A stretch of DNA of 64,000 nt from Camelus ferus (GCF_009834535.1 NC_045697.1:73472001-73536000); one strand, 5' to 3'; shown: positions 1-12,399, numbered from the stretch's first letter. Numbers and translations are program-made. Notes: generated by a model not told the origin, from the letters alone.

Positions 1-929
1 TTGATTCCTCTGAAAGGGGTGCAACTTAATGAAGACAGCCTCGCAGAGGAGGAGAGACAGCTCCTGCCTGCTACCTGACGAGCTGAGTCACTTGTCTAAA
101 CCAATCCCACAGTGACAAGTGCCCAGTGGACGGGGAAGACAGACGTACAGATGGCTGCCTGGCTGCATCACGGGACTGGATTGCCACCGCAGCCCATTGT
201 TACATTTATTGCTGACAATGTAACAAATTGGCTGACTCCTTGTTTTTAAATTGGTCACCCTCGATGGACAGCGGCGCTGCGGGGTGTGCTAACTGTGCCT
301 CGAATGCAGGGATGCTCCACGGTCCCAGCTCTGCAGTGGGGGCTGTGTGATGTTCTGTGTAGAAACCCACGCCTCACTCTGTCCCAGGGCCATGAACAGG
401 CGTCCTCACGCCCAGGAAACAGCATTATTTTCCTGAGGGATCCTCTTTCTGAAGTATGACACAAAGGAAATGAAACAAAACACTTCTTAGCTTCCTTTGT
501 CAGTGAGAATTTCCTAAATATAGATTGAAATATCCCCTTTAATAATCACTGTAGAAAAAGACTACAATAACTCCATGAGATGTTACCCAAATTATCAAAT
601 TAAAAGAGAAGCTAGAGGTCATATGGGAACATCGAAAAGCTCTTTTAACTCATCTGAGTCCAGCGATCATGTATATATTTTTTATTTTTATATCATGGAA
701 AATGATCTTTCTTTTGTTTACAGTACGATGAGGATTAGCTAAATAATATTTGCAGAATATTCTCATCAAAGAATTATAAATGTATTTTACAGTATGAGAG
801 CCTCTTCTATGAAGCATAGGCCCACCAGGTAGTAACACAAGACTGGGTTCATGGTACAGGCAACAGTCTTCCTACTGGCCCCGTGCCCTTTTTCTTCACC
901 TGTATAACACATCATTGCATTCCACTGAC

Positions 930-1035
930 TGTGCTTCCACCTTGCTGAGTAACTTCAGGAAAGTCACATGACAGCTCTGTGCCTGAGGATTTAATCTATA
1001 AAATGAGGACCAAACTCAGTGAATCTCTAACATTT
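930..1035 (+). mobile_element. MIR SINE fragment
   Basis: Degenerate MIR core: 'gagtaacttcaggaaagtcacatgacagctctgtgcctgagg...atctataaaatgagg'. Confidence 0.6.
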
Positions 1036-2359
1036 TGTGACTTTACCCACATACTGAGGCAAATAAAATTGTTAACATATTCCTCGAATTAGTAAAAGTA
1101 TGTAAATATACAATGTAAGGGCATGCATTAACTAAGAATGCAAGGAATCCTTGACTTTTTATTATCAGTGTCCATGATTTGACAGCTTGCTTATGAAGAA
1201 GTCCCTTATGTTTTCCTTTTCCTGGTTTGCTAATTTTCTATTCTGTATTCCAAGGCAGACCAATAGATTGCAATGAAATCAGGTTAAACATCGATCTTCC
1301 GCCCTGACATTGCATTAACTTTTCTAATAAACATCTTCACTGTGTCAACCAGCACTGTGTTTACATCTTGAGCCCAGCAGCCAATTGTCTTGCTTCTTTC
1401 AGACGCTTTTGAATTCCAGAAGGAATCTTATCTGGAAGACGAGAATCGTGCATCTGCCATGCCTTTCAATTTTGTATTTCAAATTAACTGCTCCTTTTCC
1501 TCCACATTCTTAAGGCCTTCTAAGAAATTTCCTTCCCAATTCACTTGGTAAGTGCCTGCTCCGGCTGCTACTCTTTAATGAATTCATGTCTTTTCTCCTA
1601 TGTTTCTCGGGCCGCCCTTATTATCTGGAGTCAGGATTCTGAGCTCTGACCTCCCTCCTTGTCCTGCTGCCTGAGTAGAATTAAAGGCAGACCCTCAGAC
1701 CTCAAATCTTCTAGATTTTGAAGATCCAGCTTTGGCTAGGATGAGGCCAGGATCAGGGATGGAAACAAGCACTGATTTTTTTTTTTTTTTTACAGCCTTC
1801 TAAAATTTAACTATTTCTGTTCAGATTCAGGGGCTGAGAAAAAGTATGAACCAGCAGATGTGCTTAAAGATCCCCAATCAAATACTCTACTTTTTAATGT
1901 TCTGAAGAATACATGCTTAGGGAATACTATTCACAGCAAATGGAGCCAGTGCTGCTTGCTTCACTAGAACCACAGGCAGAAGATGACTACCAGAGAGGCT
2001 GGGGAGAAGCTGCTCCATGAGGTGCAGCAAAGCCTTCGTTCCTGAATGATTTCCCGTCTCTGCATGCCGAAGAAATAGATCATAAAGTGTGGGGCTGGGT
2101 CTCTAAAGGATATTTAATACCTCATTCCTGGAGATATGGTCTGAAATTTAAAGGCTGTAATCACTGGTCAGGTCAGAAAAGATGCTCAAAGATCCCTGCC
2201 CACCCCCCCTTATTTTAGCAAGAGTATCTAAGGACATCTGCCAAAATCTTGGATCCCTGGGAAAACATCTTACCTAGACCCACTGAACCAGATAAACTAG
2301 CCACAAATCAGAGTGGCTATAACTAAAGATTCATCAGACTAACACTCACCACTTGCTAG

Positions 2360-2575
2360 AAGGGTATTTACACCAGGCACTGTACTGAGGACTTGCATGT
2401 CATGTGTGACCCTCATAGTAGTCCTATCGGGTTCATATTGTTATTCCTATTTTATGGACAGGAAAGAAGATGCCCCAATGGACTAATTAACTTCTCCAAA
2501 GTCACACATGTACCACATTTACCAGGGTTAAACCCAAATCAGCATAACTCCCAAAGCTCTTAGCCATTCTGTGCT
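2360..2575 (-). mobile_element. MIR SINE
   Basis: Reverse MIR core: 'ccaggcactgtact...tattcctattttatggacaggaaagaag...taacttctccaaagtcacac...cagggttaaacccaaat'. Confidence 0.75.
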
Positions 2576-2722
2576 CCTGTGGAATAGCCACACCAGTAGA
2601 GAGCAGAAGAGAAGAGGTATGCAGACACAGGGGAAGCCTCATCATAGCATCCCCTATCTGCAGAGGCTCCTCCTCCCCAGCGAGCTTTGCTCCTGCCCCC
2701 ATAGCACCTTGTACAGACTTAC

Positions 2723-2766
2723 GTTCATACTTGCAACTCATTGTATTGGGGTTTGTAGTTTGGGAG
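2723..2766 (-). other. Candidate 44-nt internal exon (host transcript unknown)
   Basis: Minus strand reads ttttttctctctctag|CTCCCAAAC...GTATGAAC|gtaagt: strong pyrimidine tract, AG acceptor and a consensus GTAAGT donor. Only one frame is stop-free (xSQTTNPNTMSCKYE). Confidence 0.35.
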
Positions 2767-2794
2767 CTAGAGAGAGAAAAAAATAAATAAAAGA

Positions 2795-2980
2795 ATAGAT
2801 TTCTAAATATTGGCTCTCTCATTTTACTAGCTTGCCTTGAACAAGTTACTGAGTATTTCTCATCCTAATATTTTACTCACAAATGGGAATAAAACTACTC
2901 CTTAGTGTGTGAGCTTTTAAAAAGATAAGACAATCAAAGGACTTCAGAATAATCCTTTGCACATGTAGGCACTCAGAACA
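2795..2980 (+). mobile_element. MIR SINE fragment
   Basis: 'ccttgaacaagttact...aaatgggaataaaactactcc...gcacatgtaggcactcag'. Confidence 0.6.
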
Positions 2981-3029
2981 TTTGGCTTCTTTTATTGATT
3001 CCTTTCTTACATTTCAATCTTGCCCAATG

Positions 3030-3130
3030 TCCCATGACCTCTTCAGAGCAGGGACCATAGAGTATCTACCTTCATGTCTCCAGATAAAATGCTTAGCACA
3101 TAGTTGGTGCTCAATGACTTGAAATGACTG
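3030..3130 (+). mobile_element. L2 3' end
   Basis: 'agagcagggaccat...tgcttagcacatagttggtgctcaatgacttgaaatga', typical L2 terminus. Confidence 0.65.
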
Positions 3131-3416
3131 GAATATACTGAGAATTATTTTGTTTGCAACCCTAAGAGCTGCTGTAAAACTTTAGGTTTTAGTGTATATA
3201 TTTATTGATTTTTAAAAATGCATTCTACCTTATATATTACAATCGGCCTTTTGGACTCTCTAGAAGGCAGCATTTTCCAGCTTTCTTTGAATCTCAAGTC
3301 AAGAGAATTAGAACACCTCATAAAATAACAGCGGCATCTCTGACAAAGGGCTTTCTCCTGCCAGTAGGTTGATTTTGCATTTCACAACTAATTTCACATA
3401 TCAGTTTACAGTAAAT

Positions 3417-3630
3417 CATTCATTCATCCATTCATTCATTCATTCATTTACTAAACAAACATCCATTAATGTCTATATTATCGTAGTGATAGCAATGTAA
3501 ATAGGACAAATCTGTGCCCTGAAGATTTTTATAGGTTAGTGATACGAAACAGACACATGAACAAGTAAGTTAAAATTGAATGTGGTAACTTCTATAACAT
3601 ATATGAAAAAGGATTATGAAAGCTAAGGGC
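3417..3630 (-). mobile_element. L2 3' end with (ATTC)n tail
   Basis: (CATT)n at 3417-3449, then 'aaacaaacatccattaatgtc...tgtgccctgaag...acagacacatgaacaagtaa'. Confidence 0.7.
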
Positions 3631-4219
3631 ACAGGGTAACACTTCCAAACTTTGTTCCACTTCTGTTACTGAAAGTTCCTTTTTCCTTCCTGAATTACAT
3701 TTCTTTTCTCCCCCCACCTCCATATTTTTTTTTTTTTTTGGTAAACTTTTGACAATTTTCTTTCTTCTTAAAATAACTTATATTTAAGGGGGTTTTTTTG
3801 CCCTTCTTTTTGTTCCTTTTCTTTATAAATAACATAAAATTTTCAAGGAAACTTTGGTTTTTATCAAGTATCACTAAACTCTTCTATTTTTCTTTGCACA
3901 TTAAGTATACAGCTGTATATGAAGAGACGTTTTACAAAATTTTGACTCCTTTACTTTCAAATGCCTAAAGTGAAAGATATCTGTATTCTGTGTAAGGATA
4001 TTTTATTTAACTAGGTGAAACATATTAGCCAAGTATTCCTCTTAAATTCCCTTTACGGCCCTCCTCAGCCTAATATGTTTACTTCTATACTGGACTTTGT
4101 TTACCAGTTTCACACATTGGTCAACTATTTCCATCACAGATATCTTTTAATTATTTACTGCTGCATAGACACCTACCCTAAGACATAGGGACTTTTAACA
4201 TTCTCTGATCCTTCTTTGA

Positions 4220-4613
4220 GTTGATTGGACTCAAATGGATGGGTTAGCCACATGATGTCAGCCAGACTGTAGTCACGGGGGACTCGAGTGGGCTACAGTA
4301 GCCAAGGTTGCTCCTTCCTATGGCTGGCAGCTGTTGCCAGCTCCTGGCTGAGAACTGCTGGTAAGTTGGTCTCTTAAGTTTTCCTCCACATGAACTCTCA
4401 ATGTGTCTGGTTTTTGAAAGGGAGTACTCTAAGAGTAAACATTCTAAGAATACAGAAGCAGAAGGTGATGGCCCCTTAATGCCTTCTTTTCTGCACTCTT
4501 TTGTTCAAAACCACCTCAGATTCAAAGGGGGAAGAAATAAATGCTCCTCCTGACATGATATGTGATTCACAGAGAGGAGGAATTGGCGGATCCTCTTTGA
4601 AGATTGACTATTA
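4220..4613. mobile_element. MaLR solo LTR (MLT1G/H-like)
   Basis: 'ggctggcagctgttgccagct...cctccacatgaactctc...agattcaaagggggaagaaataaatgctcctcctga' resembles MLT1 LTRs. Confidence 0.7.
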
Positions 4614-5129
4614 TATCCAAATACTAGTTAACTTCTACTATTTTCTTCACAAATGGCTCCCTTCTCCATTTTACTTCTGTACATTTTCCTTCTATATGTG
4701 AGAATTTAAAATCACTGATCTTTCTCTGTACTAACCTACAAGTTAGTATGTACAAGTTAGTAGTATAAGTATGTACTAACATACAAGTTGATTATGTTTG
4801 GTTTTTGTCTTTGATGTATATATTATGTGGTACTGAAGACCTGATGTTATGTTAAAATATTTAAATGAATATTTTACATTTAGAGTCCTGAGCTCTAACT
4901 CCTTCTTTATCTTCTGCTTGCAATTAAAGAGAATCCTTCAGACCTGAAATACACCAAAGGCTGGAATAGGGCAGTATAGGAGGTGGATGGTGAGCTTTTC
5001 TTGTATTACTTTACTTTTTCAATTCATTCATTGTGAACTCTTAAAAATAGGTACAAAACACTTTATTACATTCTATTACAGTCTTAATTTTAAAAACAAA
5101 TATTCAATCTCTAACAAATTTTGCTAAGT

Positions 5130-5910
5130 AAAATATTATGCAATGTTAATACACAGGAGGTGGGGAGAAGGAATAAGTTCTGGACTTCCCTTCTTTTTTA
5201 TTTTTTTGAAAGACAACACTTATTAAAAGCCAGGGTGACCCAAGCATGGACTTCATTGGAGTAAACCAGTAAGCAAGATGTAAAAAACATGCTATCATGA
5301 TAATTAGATAAAATTACTAAAGAGGAAAGAAGATATTTTTGTATTTTACAAGAAGAAATAAATCATTTTCACAGAGAAACATCTTAATGAAGCTTTCTGA
5401 AGCCTGAGAGGTGAGGGGAACATGCATTACTCCAGATCAGAACTAAAGATTTCAGAAAGGAGGATGACCTCATATGGACTTCTTGGTCTAGAGATATGTA
5501 AAAACAAATGTTACAACTATGAATTTGACATTAATCATGGGGAAATTTAACAAACAAAAATTACATATTACTAGTGGACCTCTTTGGAAAACTTGTTGGA
5601 TTTCTATGCCATGTTTTCATTCATACAGTAATCATCAGTAGGGATACTGGTCATTAATTGCAGGCATACGTAGCAAGCAGTGTTAAGTTCTTTCATGCTT
5701 TCCTGTTTCATTGGGTAAATTATACCTGGATATTCTTTAAATGGGAAATCTGGGTTAGTGTGTTGAAGCAATATTATGTCTGTTACCAGTATGGTAATTA
5801 GAATTAGAATTAGAATTTTGTTACAAGTGGACAAAAGGGAAAGGTATATTCTTTTTGTTCTTAGGCACACAACCTATACAGTGAGCAAGGTAGTATTGAT
5901 GGTAACTACA
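5130..5910 (+). mobile_element. Very ancient L1-like ORF2 endonuclease (APE) relic
   Basis: Degenerate EN motifs in the correct order: ILCNVN (NVN at 5142-5150), TLIMGKFN (5528-5551; consensus GDFN), YSFCS*AHNLYS (5847-5882; consensus YTFFS.AH.T.S). Many stops and frameshifts. Confidence 0.5.
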
Positions 5911-6089
5911 TCCTGCTCAGCATTGATTTCTTCTTTGCTACAAGGAGGAAAATCCAATAGGAACTCAAAGATGAAATCCAGGAGGTAAGTTGACACAGTG
6001 AAAGATGAGAGCTTGATTTGAGGAGTCTAGTTATTCAGCATTTGCTTTTACTAGACTATTTTAGTAAAAGTATGATGTTATTAGTGGGA

Positions 6090-6230
6090 ACAAATATAGC
6101 ATAATATTTTGGGGCACTGGTTCTGAAGACTACCAAATCACTCCCCAACTCTCAATGTCTCTTTGAATGTCTATATGGGAATAAAAATAGTGCTTCCCTC
6201 AAATTATATATGATGTAAGTGTGTAAACAA
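6090..6230 (+). mobile_element. MIR SINE fragment
   Basis: 'tgtctatatgggaataaaaatagtgcttccctca', degenerate MIR core. Confidence 0.5.
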
Positions 6231-6259
6231 TAACTGCCAGGATGTTTGGTATTTTTAAA

Positions 6260-9200
6260 TAAGAACTGTAGAAATATAAATGTTTCTGGGTAACATATCA
6301 ATTTTAAAAACAAAAAATTTTGAAAGAAGCCAGAGGAGGGGAAAAAAACCTTCCCTACGCAGTAACAAGAAAAAGAATTGTAAGCAAATCTCTTCAGAAA
6401 CTATGCAAGTGAGAAGAGAGTGGGGTGAAAATTTTTTAATTTAAAATTTTTAAGAAAAAAGTCAGTAACCTAAAATTCTATATTTAATAAGCTTATTTTC
6501 CAAAAGTGAAGGAAAAATAACATCTTTCCCAGACAAACAAAAATTAAGGGAATTCATCTCCAGCAGGAGAATAGTGCTTACCTCATACTGTATGGGAATT
6601 GAGGGAATTGACATGTACTGGAAGATGCATTAAAAGATATTCTTCAGGATAAAGTGATGCAGGCAAGAATTTTAACTCTACATAAATAAAGAACAAATGT
6701 CAGAAGTAATAAATGAAAGTAAAATAATTTTTTTCTTAGTTAATCTATAAAAAACTTGGTCAAAGTAATAACAGTAATAATTTTTGGGGTACTTACAGCC
6801 TGTGAATAAGCAAAATGAAAGACAGCAATATCACAAGGAATGGGAGACAGCAATTGGGAATACTCTTTCATAAGTTACTTGTACTATACTTGAAGCAGTA
6901 CAGTGCTATTTGAAGGTGGAATTAGGTTGGTTAACAACCAATTACAATTGATTGCAAATTCTCTGTCAGTAAAACAAAAGCTACCAAAAGAAGTACAATA
7001 AATATGCTAATAGAGGAGAGAAAATGAAATCATACAAAATACTCAATAAAAACAAGAAAAAGGCAGAAAAAGAGAGGAAAAGAAGAAAAAAGAATAAATG
7101 TGACAAATAGAAAATAATTATAATCATGGCAAATACTTATTCAATTATATCAATATTATTTTAAATATGAATGGTCTAAGAGGACCAATTAAAAGACAGA
7201 GATTTTTAGAATATATACAAAATAACCAAGACCCATTTGTATGTCTTTACAAGAAACACATTTTAAATGTAAGCATTCATATGTTACAAGTAAAGCAATG
7301 AAGAATGAAATACCATCCTAACACTACTTAAGAGAAAGCTGGAGTATCTGTATTAATTTCAGAAAAAGCAAATCTCAGAATAAGAAAAGTTATCAAGGAT
7401 AGAGAGGAGTACTACATAATGACAAAAGGCTCAATCTCCAAGGAGATATAATAATTTTTACAGTGTATATGTACCTAACAACACAGCATCAAAACACATG
7501 AGGGAAAATTAATAGAACTGAAAGGAAAAATAAACAAATCCATTATGGAGACGTCAACACCCCTCTTTCAATAACTGATAGATAGAACAGGCAGAAAAAC
7601 CAATAAGAAAACTGTTGCACTATCAGTCAACTTGATCTAATTGACATTTACAGAAAATTCTACCCAACAAGAGCAGAATACACATTTTTGTCAAGTGCAC
7701 GTGGAACATCAGTAAGAGACAATGAAATGTACCTTCATAAAGTTAAAAAAATTAAAATCATACAAAATATGTTCTCAGATGACAATAGAATTAAATTAGA
7801 AATAAATAACAAGAAAATCCTCAAATATTTGGAAATTAAACAAACATACTTCTAAATTACACATGGGTCAGAGAAAAAGTCTCCAAAAGAATTAAAAAAT
7901 ATTTTGAACTAAATGAAAATAAAAATACAGCTTATCAAAATGTATGGGATGTAGTGAGAGCAAAGTTTAGATGGAAATTTATAGAATCAAATGAATATAT
8001 CAGGAAAAAAGAATGATTCAAAATCAATAATATAAGCTTCCACCTTAGAAAACTAGAGAGAGAAGAAAAATTTAGCCTAAGGCAAGCGTAAGAAAAGAAA
8101 CAATAAAAATAAAAGCAGAAACTATTGAAATATAAAAGGAAAACATTAGATAAAACCAATCAACCCCAAATCTGATAAGTTGAAAAGATTAATAAAATTA
8201 ATAAAACTCTAGCCAGGCTAACCAGGATAAAAAGAGAGAAGATGCATATTATTAGAATTAGAAATAAAAGACAAATCATCACTAGTGATCTCATGGACAA
8301 TAAAAGGATAACAAATGAATATTACAAACAATTCTATGCCCTTAAATATAATAACTTAATCAAATGAACTAATTCCTTGAAAACACAGACTACAAAACCC
8401 ACAGAAGGAAAAACAAATAAACTGAATAGTTAATAACCCTTCAAAAAAGGTAACAGCAGTCCTAGATTGTTTCCCTGGTAAGTTCTAACAAACATCTAAG
8501 GAAGAAATGATTCCAATTCTCCATAATCTTTTCAAGAAAATAGAAGGAGAACAAACATTTCCTAAACCATTCTATGATGCCAACATTATCCTAATACTAA
8601 AATCAGATAAAGACATTACAAGATAGGAAAACTACAGAACAATATCTCTCATGAATACAGATGCAAAAATCCTCAATAAAATATTAGAAAATCAAATCTA
8701 ACAATGAAAAAATAATTATATATAATGACCAAATGGGACTTATTTTAGATATATAAGGGTTATTCAACATTCAAAAACTCAGTCAGTACAATCCACTATA
8801 TCAACAGGCTTAAGAAAAATCATATGATTATATCAATTGTTGTAGAAAAGGCATTTGACAAGATCTAACACCCATTCATTTAAAAGAAAAAAAAAACCTT
8901 CAGCAAACTGGGGAGAGAGGGGAACTTCCTCAATTTGATAAAGAACATTTACAGAAAAACTAGCATCATACTTAAAAAGTAAAAAACTAGATGCCTCTCC
9001 TGGGAGATAGGTGTCCTTTCTCATCACTCCTATTCAGCATCACAGTAGAAGTCCCAGCTAGTGCAATAAGATAAGAAAATGAAATTAAAATGTATAGATT
9101 TAAAAGTAAGTAATGATATTGTCTTTGTTCATAGATGGCATGACTGTCTATATGGAAAATTGCTAAGAATCAACAACAAAAAAAATTCCTGTAGTTAATG

Positions 9201-9300
9201 AGAATAGAAAAGTCACAGGATACAAAGTCAAGATACAAAAGTTAATTGCTTTTCTATATACCAAAATGAACATTTAAAATTGCATATATATGAAAGAAAA
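6260..9300 (+). mobile_element. Old L1 (L1M/L1MC-type): ORF1 3' part, inter-ORF region, ORF2 EN and RT, decayed
   Basis: EN start 'ttaaatatgaatggtctaagaggaccaattaaaagacagaga' (LNxNGL..PIKR); 'gaaaactacagaacaatatctctcatgaatacagatgcaaaaatcctcaataaaatattag' (ENYR.ISLMN.DAKILNKIL); 'gaaaaggcatttgacaag' (EKAFDK). A-rich sense strand with many stops. Confidence 0.92.
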
Positions 9301-9614
9301 TACGAATTACTAGTATCAGGAACAAAAAGATGGATTTCTTTTGTAGAATTATTATAAAAGATAGAGGCATACTTTGTGTAAATATGTTTTTTAAATTCAG
9401 AAAAAAAAATTTTTTAAACTATTTTCCAAAGCAGACAAGAAGAATTAGAAAATCTGAATAGTTCTATATCTATTCAACAAATTGAAACTGAAACTAAAAT
9501 CTTCCAATAATATTAAAGAACCAAAATAACTTTATAGTGATTTCTTTCAAACATTTTAAGAAATATAACATTTTAAGAAATATAACTATACAAACTAGTC
9601 AAGAGAAATAATGA

Positions 9615-9659
9615 AAAAGAAAGAAAAAAGAAAAGAAAAGAAAGAAAAGAAGAAAGAAA

Positions 9660-9693
<34 letters not shown>
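9615..9693 (+). repeat. (GAAAA)n/(GAAA)n microsatellite
   Basis: Directly visible purine tract inside L1. A similar (GGAA/GAAA)n tract lies at 10220-10272. Confidence 0.95.
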
Positions 9694-9695
<2 letters not shown>

Positions 9696-11435
9696 GAGTG
9701 AGTTCCCAAATCACTTTTTAAGGCCAGTGAAATCTTGGCACCAAATGATTAGTTCATTGTAAAAATGGAAATTCACAAACCAGTATCTCTTATGAACAAT
9801 ACAAAACCTGAAAAAAGATGAGAAAATCAAATTCAAATGTATATGAAAAGAATATTATATTACAACAAAGTTTGATTTTTTTCCAAAAAGGAAGGTTTTA
9901 ATATTCTAAAATGAAAATTCACTACATTAACAGAAAAAGAGGAAAATTCGTATGATGATCTCAACAGCAGCAAAAGAAGCATTTGAAATAATTAAGCACC
10001 ATAATTAAAATATCTTAGGAAACTATAATTAGAGGAAAACTGACTTCCGTGATACAAGGTATTTATAAAATAATGTCTACACCAAACCTCATATTAACGC
10101 TGTGGTATTAAAAGCTTTCCCTTGAGACTAGGAATGAAATAACGTGTGTACCATCACCCCTTATATTCTCATCATACTAAAGGTTCCTACTACTATAATA
10201 GAGGCAAAAACAAATCAAGAGGAAAAAGGAAGGAAGGAAAGAAAGGAAGAAGGAAGGAAAGAAAGAAAGGAAATGTTTAAGAATGGAAAAATGAAGAAAT
10301 AAAACTCAGTCACAGTTTACATGATAATACATTTTCAAAATCTAAAATTATATACAGCTAAATTATTAAAACCAGTAAGAGACTTTGGCAATGTCTTTGC
10401 ACAGAACAAGATTTTAAAAATTGAAGGTATTTATATGTACCATCAACTAGAAAATAAAACTAAAAATTGACATTTACAATAGCATGAAAAATTAAAAAGC
10501 TAGGAATTTGATAAAAAACATAAAATTTCTCAACACAAAAATCAATAACATATTGTGAAAAAGTATTACAACAACCTAAAAAGCTGACAGGTTATGTCAA
10601 GTTTTTGGACAGGAAGACTTCTATTTATACATTTCAAGTTTCTGCAAATTGACTTACCTATTTAATGTAATTCGTGTACAAATTCCAGCAGATACTTTGT
10701 TTTTAGAAAAATGGGCAATCAGGTTTTAATATTAATGAGAATGTAAAGAACCGCAAATAACCAAAACAATTATGAAGAACAAAGTTTGACAGCTCTCATT
10801 GCTACCTTAATTGAAGCAGTGTGGTACTGGCATTTAAACAGACAATTCAACCAGGGAGCAAAAAATCCAGAAACAGATTTTCACTTGTACCAACACTTGA
10901 CTTAGGGCAAAGATGACACAGTGCTATGGGGAAAGGGTAGACTCCTCAATAAGTAATTCTGGGTTAACTGCATATTCAGAAAAAAAAAAAAAAGATTCTT
11001 GCACAATGCACACTACCCACAAAAATCACTCCTAGATGGATTGTAGATATAAATTTATATGAGAGAAAATATAGCTTCCGGAAGATAACATAAGAAAATA
11101 TAAGTCATTAGGAGCCAAAAATTTCTTTGACAGAATACAAGATGCACTAACTGTTAGAAAATTACTGAAAAAATATATCACATTAAAATTTTATGGATTA
11201 CATAAAATTATTTTCAAAATTATATAAAAATTAAAAAGATCCATTCATCAAAGACACTATTCATTCAAAAGCAAGCAAATTATAGGGAGAAAATATTTGC
11301 AGTACACACAACTGATAAATGATTATGTTAAGAATATTTTTTAAAAACTCACAAATTAATACAAAGAAGATAACACAATTAAAAATAGGCAAGACTTGAA
11401 GAGTCATCTCTTTAAATAAGATATTGAAATGGCTA

Positions 11436-11620
11436 AACAACAAAGTCCTACTGTATAGCACAGGGAACTATATTGAATACCTTGTAACAGCCTATGATGA
11501 AAAAGAATATGAAAAGGAATATATATATATACGTGTATAACTGAATCATTATGCTTCACATAATAGCATTATTAGAAATTAATACAACACTGTAAATTGA
11601 CTATACTTCGATTAAAAAAA
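11436..11620 (+). mobile_element. Young cetartiodactyl-type L1 3' end nested in older L1, with 18-bp TSD
   Basis: 'gtcctactgtatagcacagggaactatattgaatac...gactatacttcgattaaaaaaa', flanked by aagatattgaaatggcta (11418-11435) and aagacattgaaatggcta (11621-11638). Confidence 0.92.
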
Positions 11621-12399
11621 AAGACATTGAAATGGCTATTAAACACATAAGAAGGTGTTCTAACTCATTAGCCTTCAGGAAAACACAATTTAAAGCCACA
11701 ATGTATTGATGATGCTCAGTTTGTTGATGTGGGTGGTGATTACAAATGTGTGTTCATTTTGTGAAAATTCATCAAACTGTACATTTATGATTTGTGCACT
11801 TTTGTCTGCATATCATATTACAGTAGAAATGTTTATTTCTACAAGGGATAAGTGGGTGTGGTGATTGGGGGGGATTTGGCTGGTAGCAGGTGAAAGAGAA
11901 AAAGCTGATTGGTACTTGACCTCATACTTTCCACACTATTCCCTTTTCTCATCCTTACCCTTTTTAATATACAATTGGAAGTGTTTCAGTAGACGTATCA
12001 GCTATGGCAATTAGGATCAGGACTAAAGAAGCAGAATGGAATTTACTTCCCCTCTCAACTCATTGCCTCCCATTTCAATTCTATGCTCCCTTCTGCATAA
12101 TTAATACTCCAGCAGAAGGAGCTGGAGGATTGCAAGTGGGAGCTTAAAGTGGAAAGACCAAACTTACTCTGTTCAAACCTGATCAATCATTCTTGCTGTT
12201 AGATGAACAGTGGGAAAGATAAGCAGGATTTTGGTTCAGGAAGTTACAATTCGTTACAGGATCCACTGCTGAGAAGGGAGGAAATCAGACAATCCCTGGT
12301 AGCGGCAGTGAGTAGGGAAAAAACACCTGTGACCACTTCTGCGTTGTGCATAATGGACGCAGGACAGCCCGACAGGGAAGATCGTGGGCATTGGAGACA

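Larger units (their letters stand above)
9410..11830 (+). mobile_element. Second, more diverged L1 (ORF2 3' part plus L1ME-like 3' end)
   Basis: Restarts upstream of RT ('gaagaattagaaaatctgaatagttctatatc'), repeating motifs already seen in the first L1; ends in an L1ME-type terminus 'gtgttcattttgtgaaaattcatcaaactgtacatttatgatttgtgcac'. Confidence 0.85.

Noticed and set aside
7127..9300. Intact L1 ORF2 or active retrotransposon
   Set aside because: Numerous stops and frameshifts; no long ORF in the track.
9551..9584. Perfect 17-bp tandem duplication
   Set aside because: Ordinary slippage event inside a dead L1.
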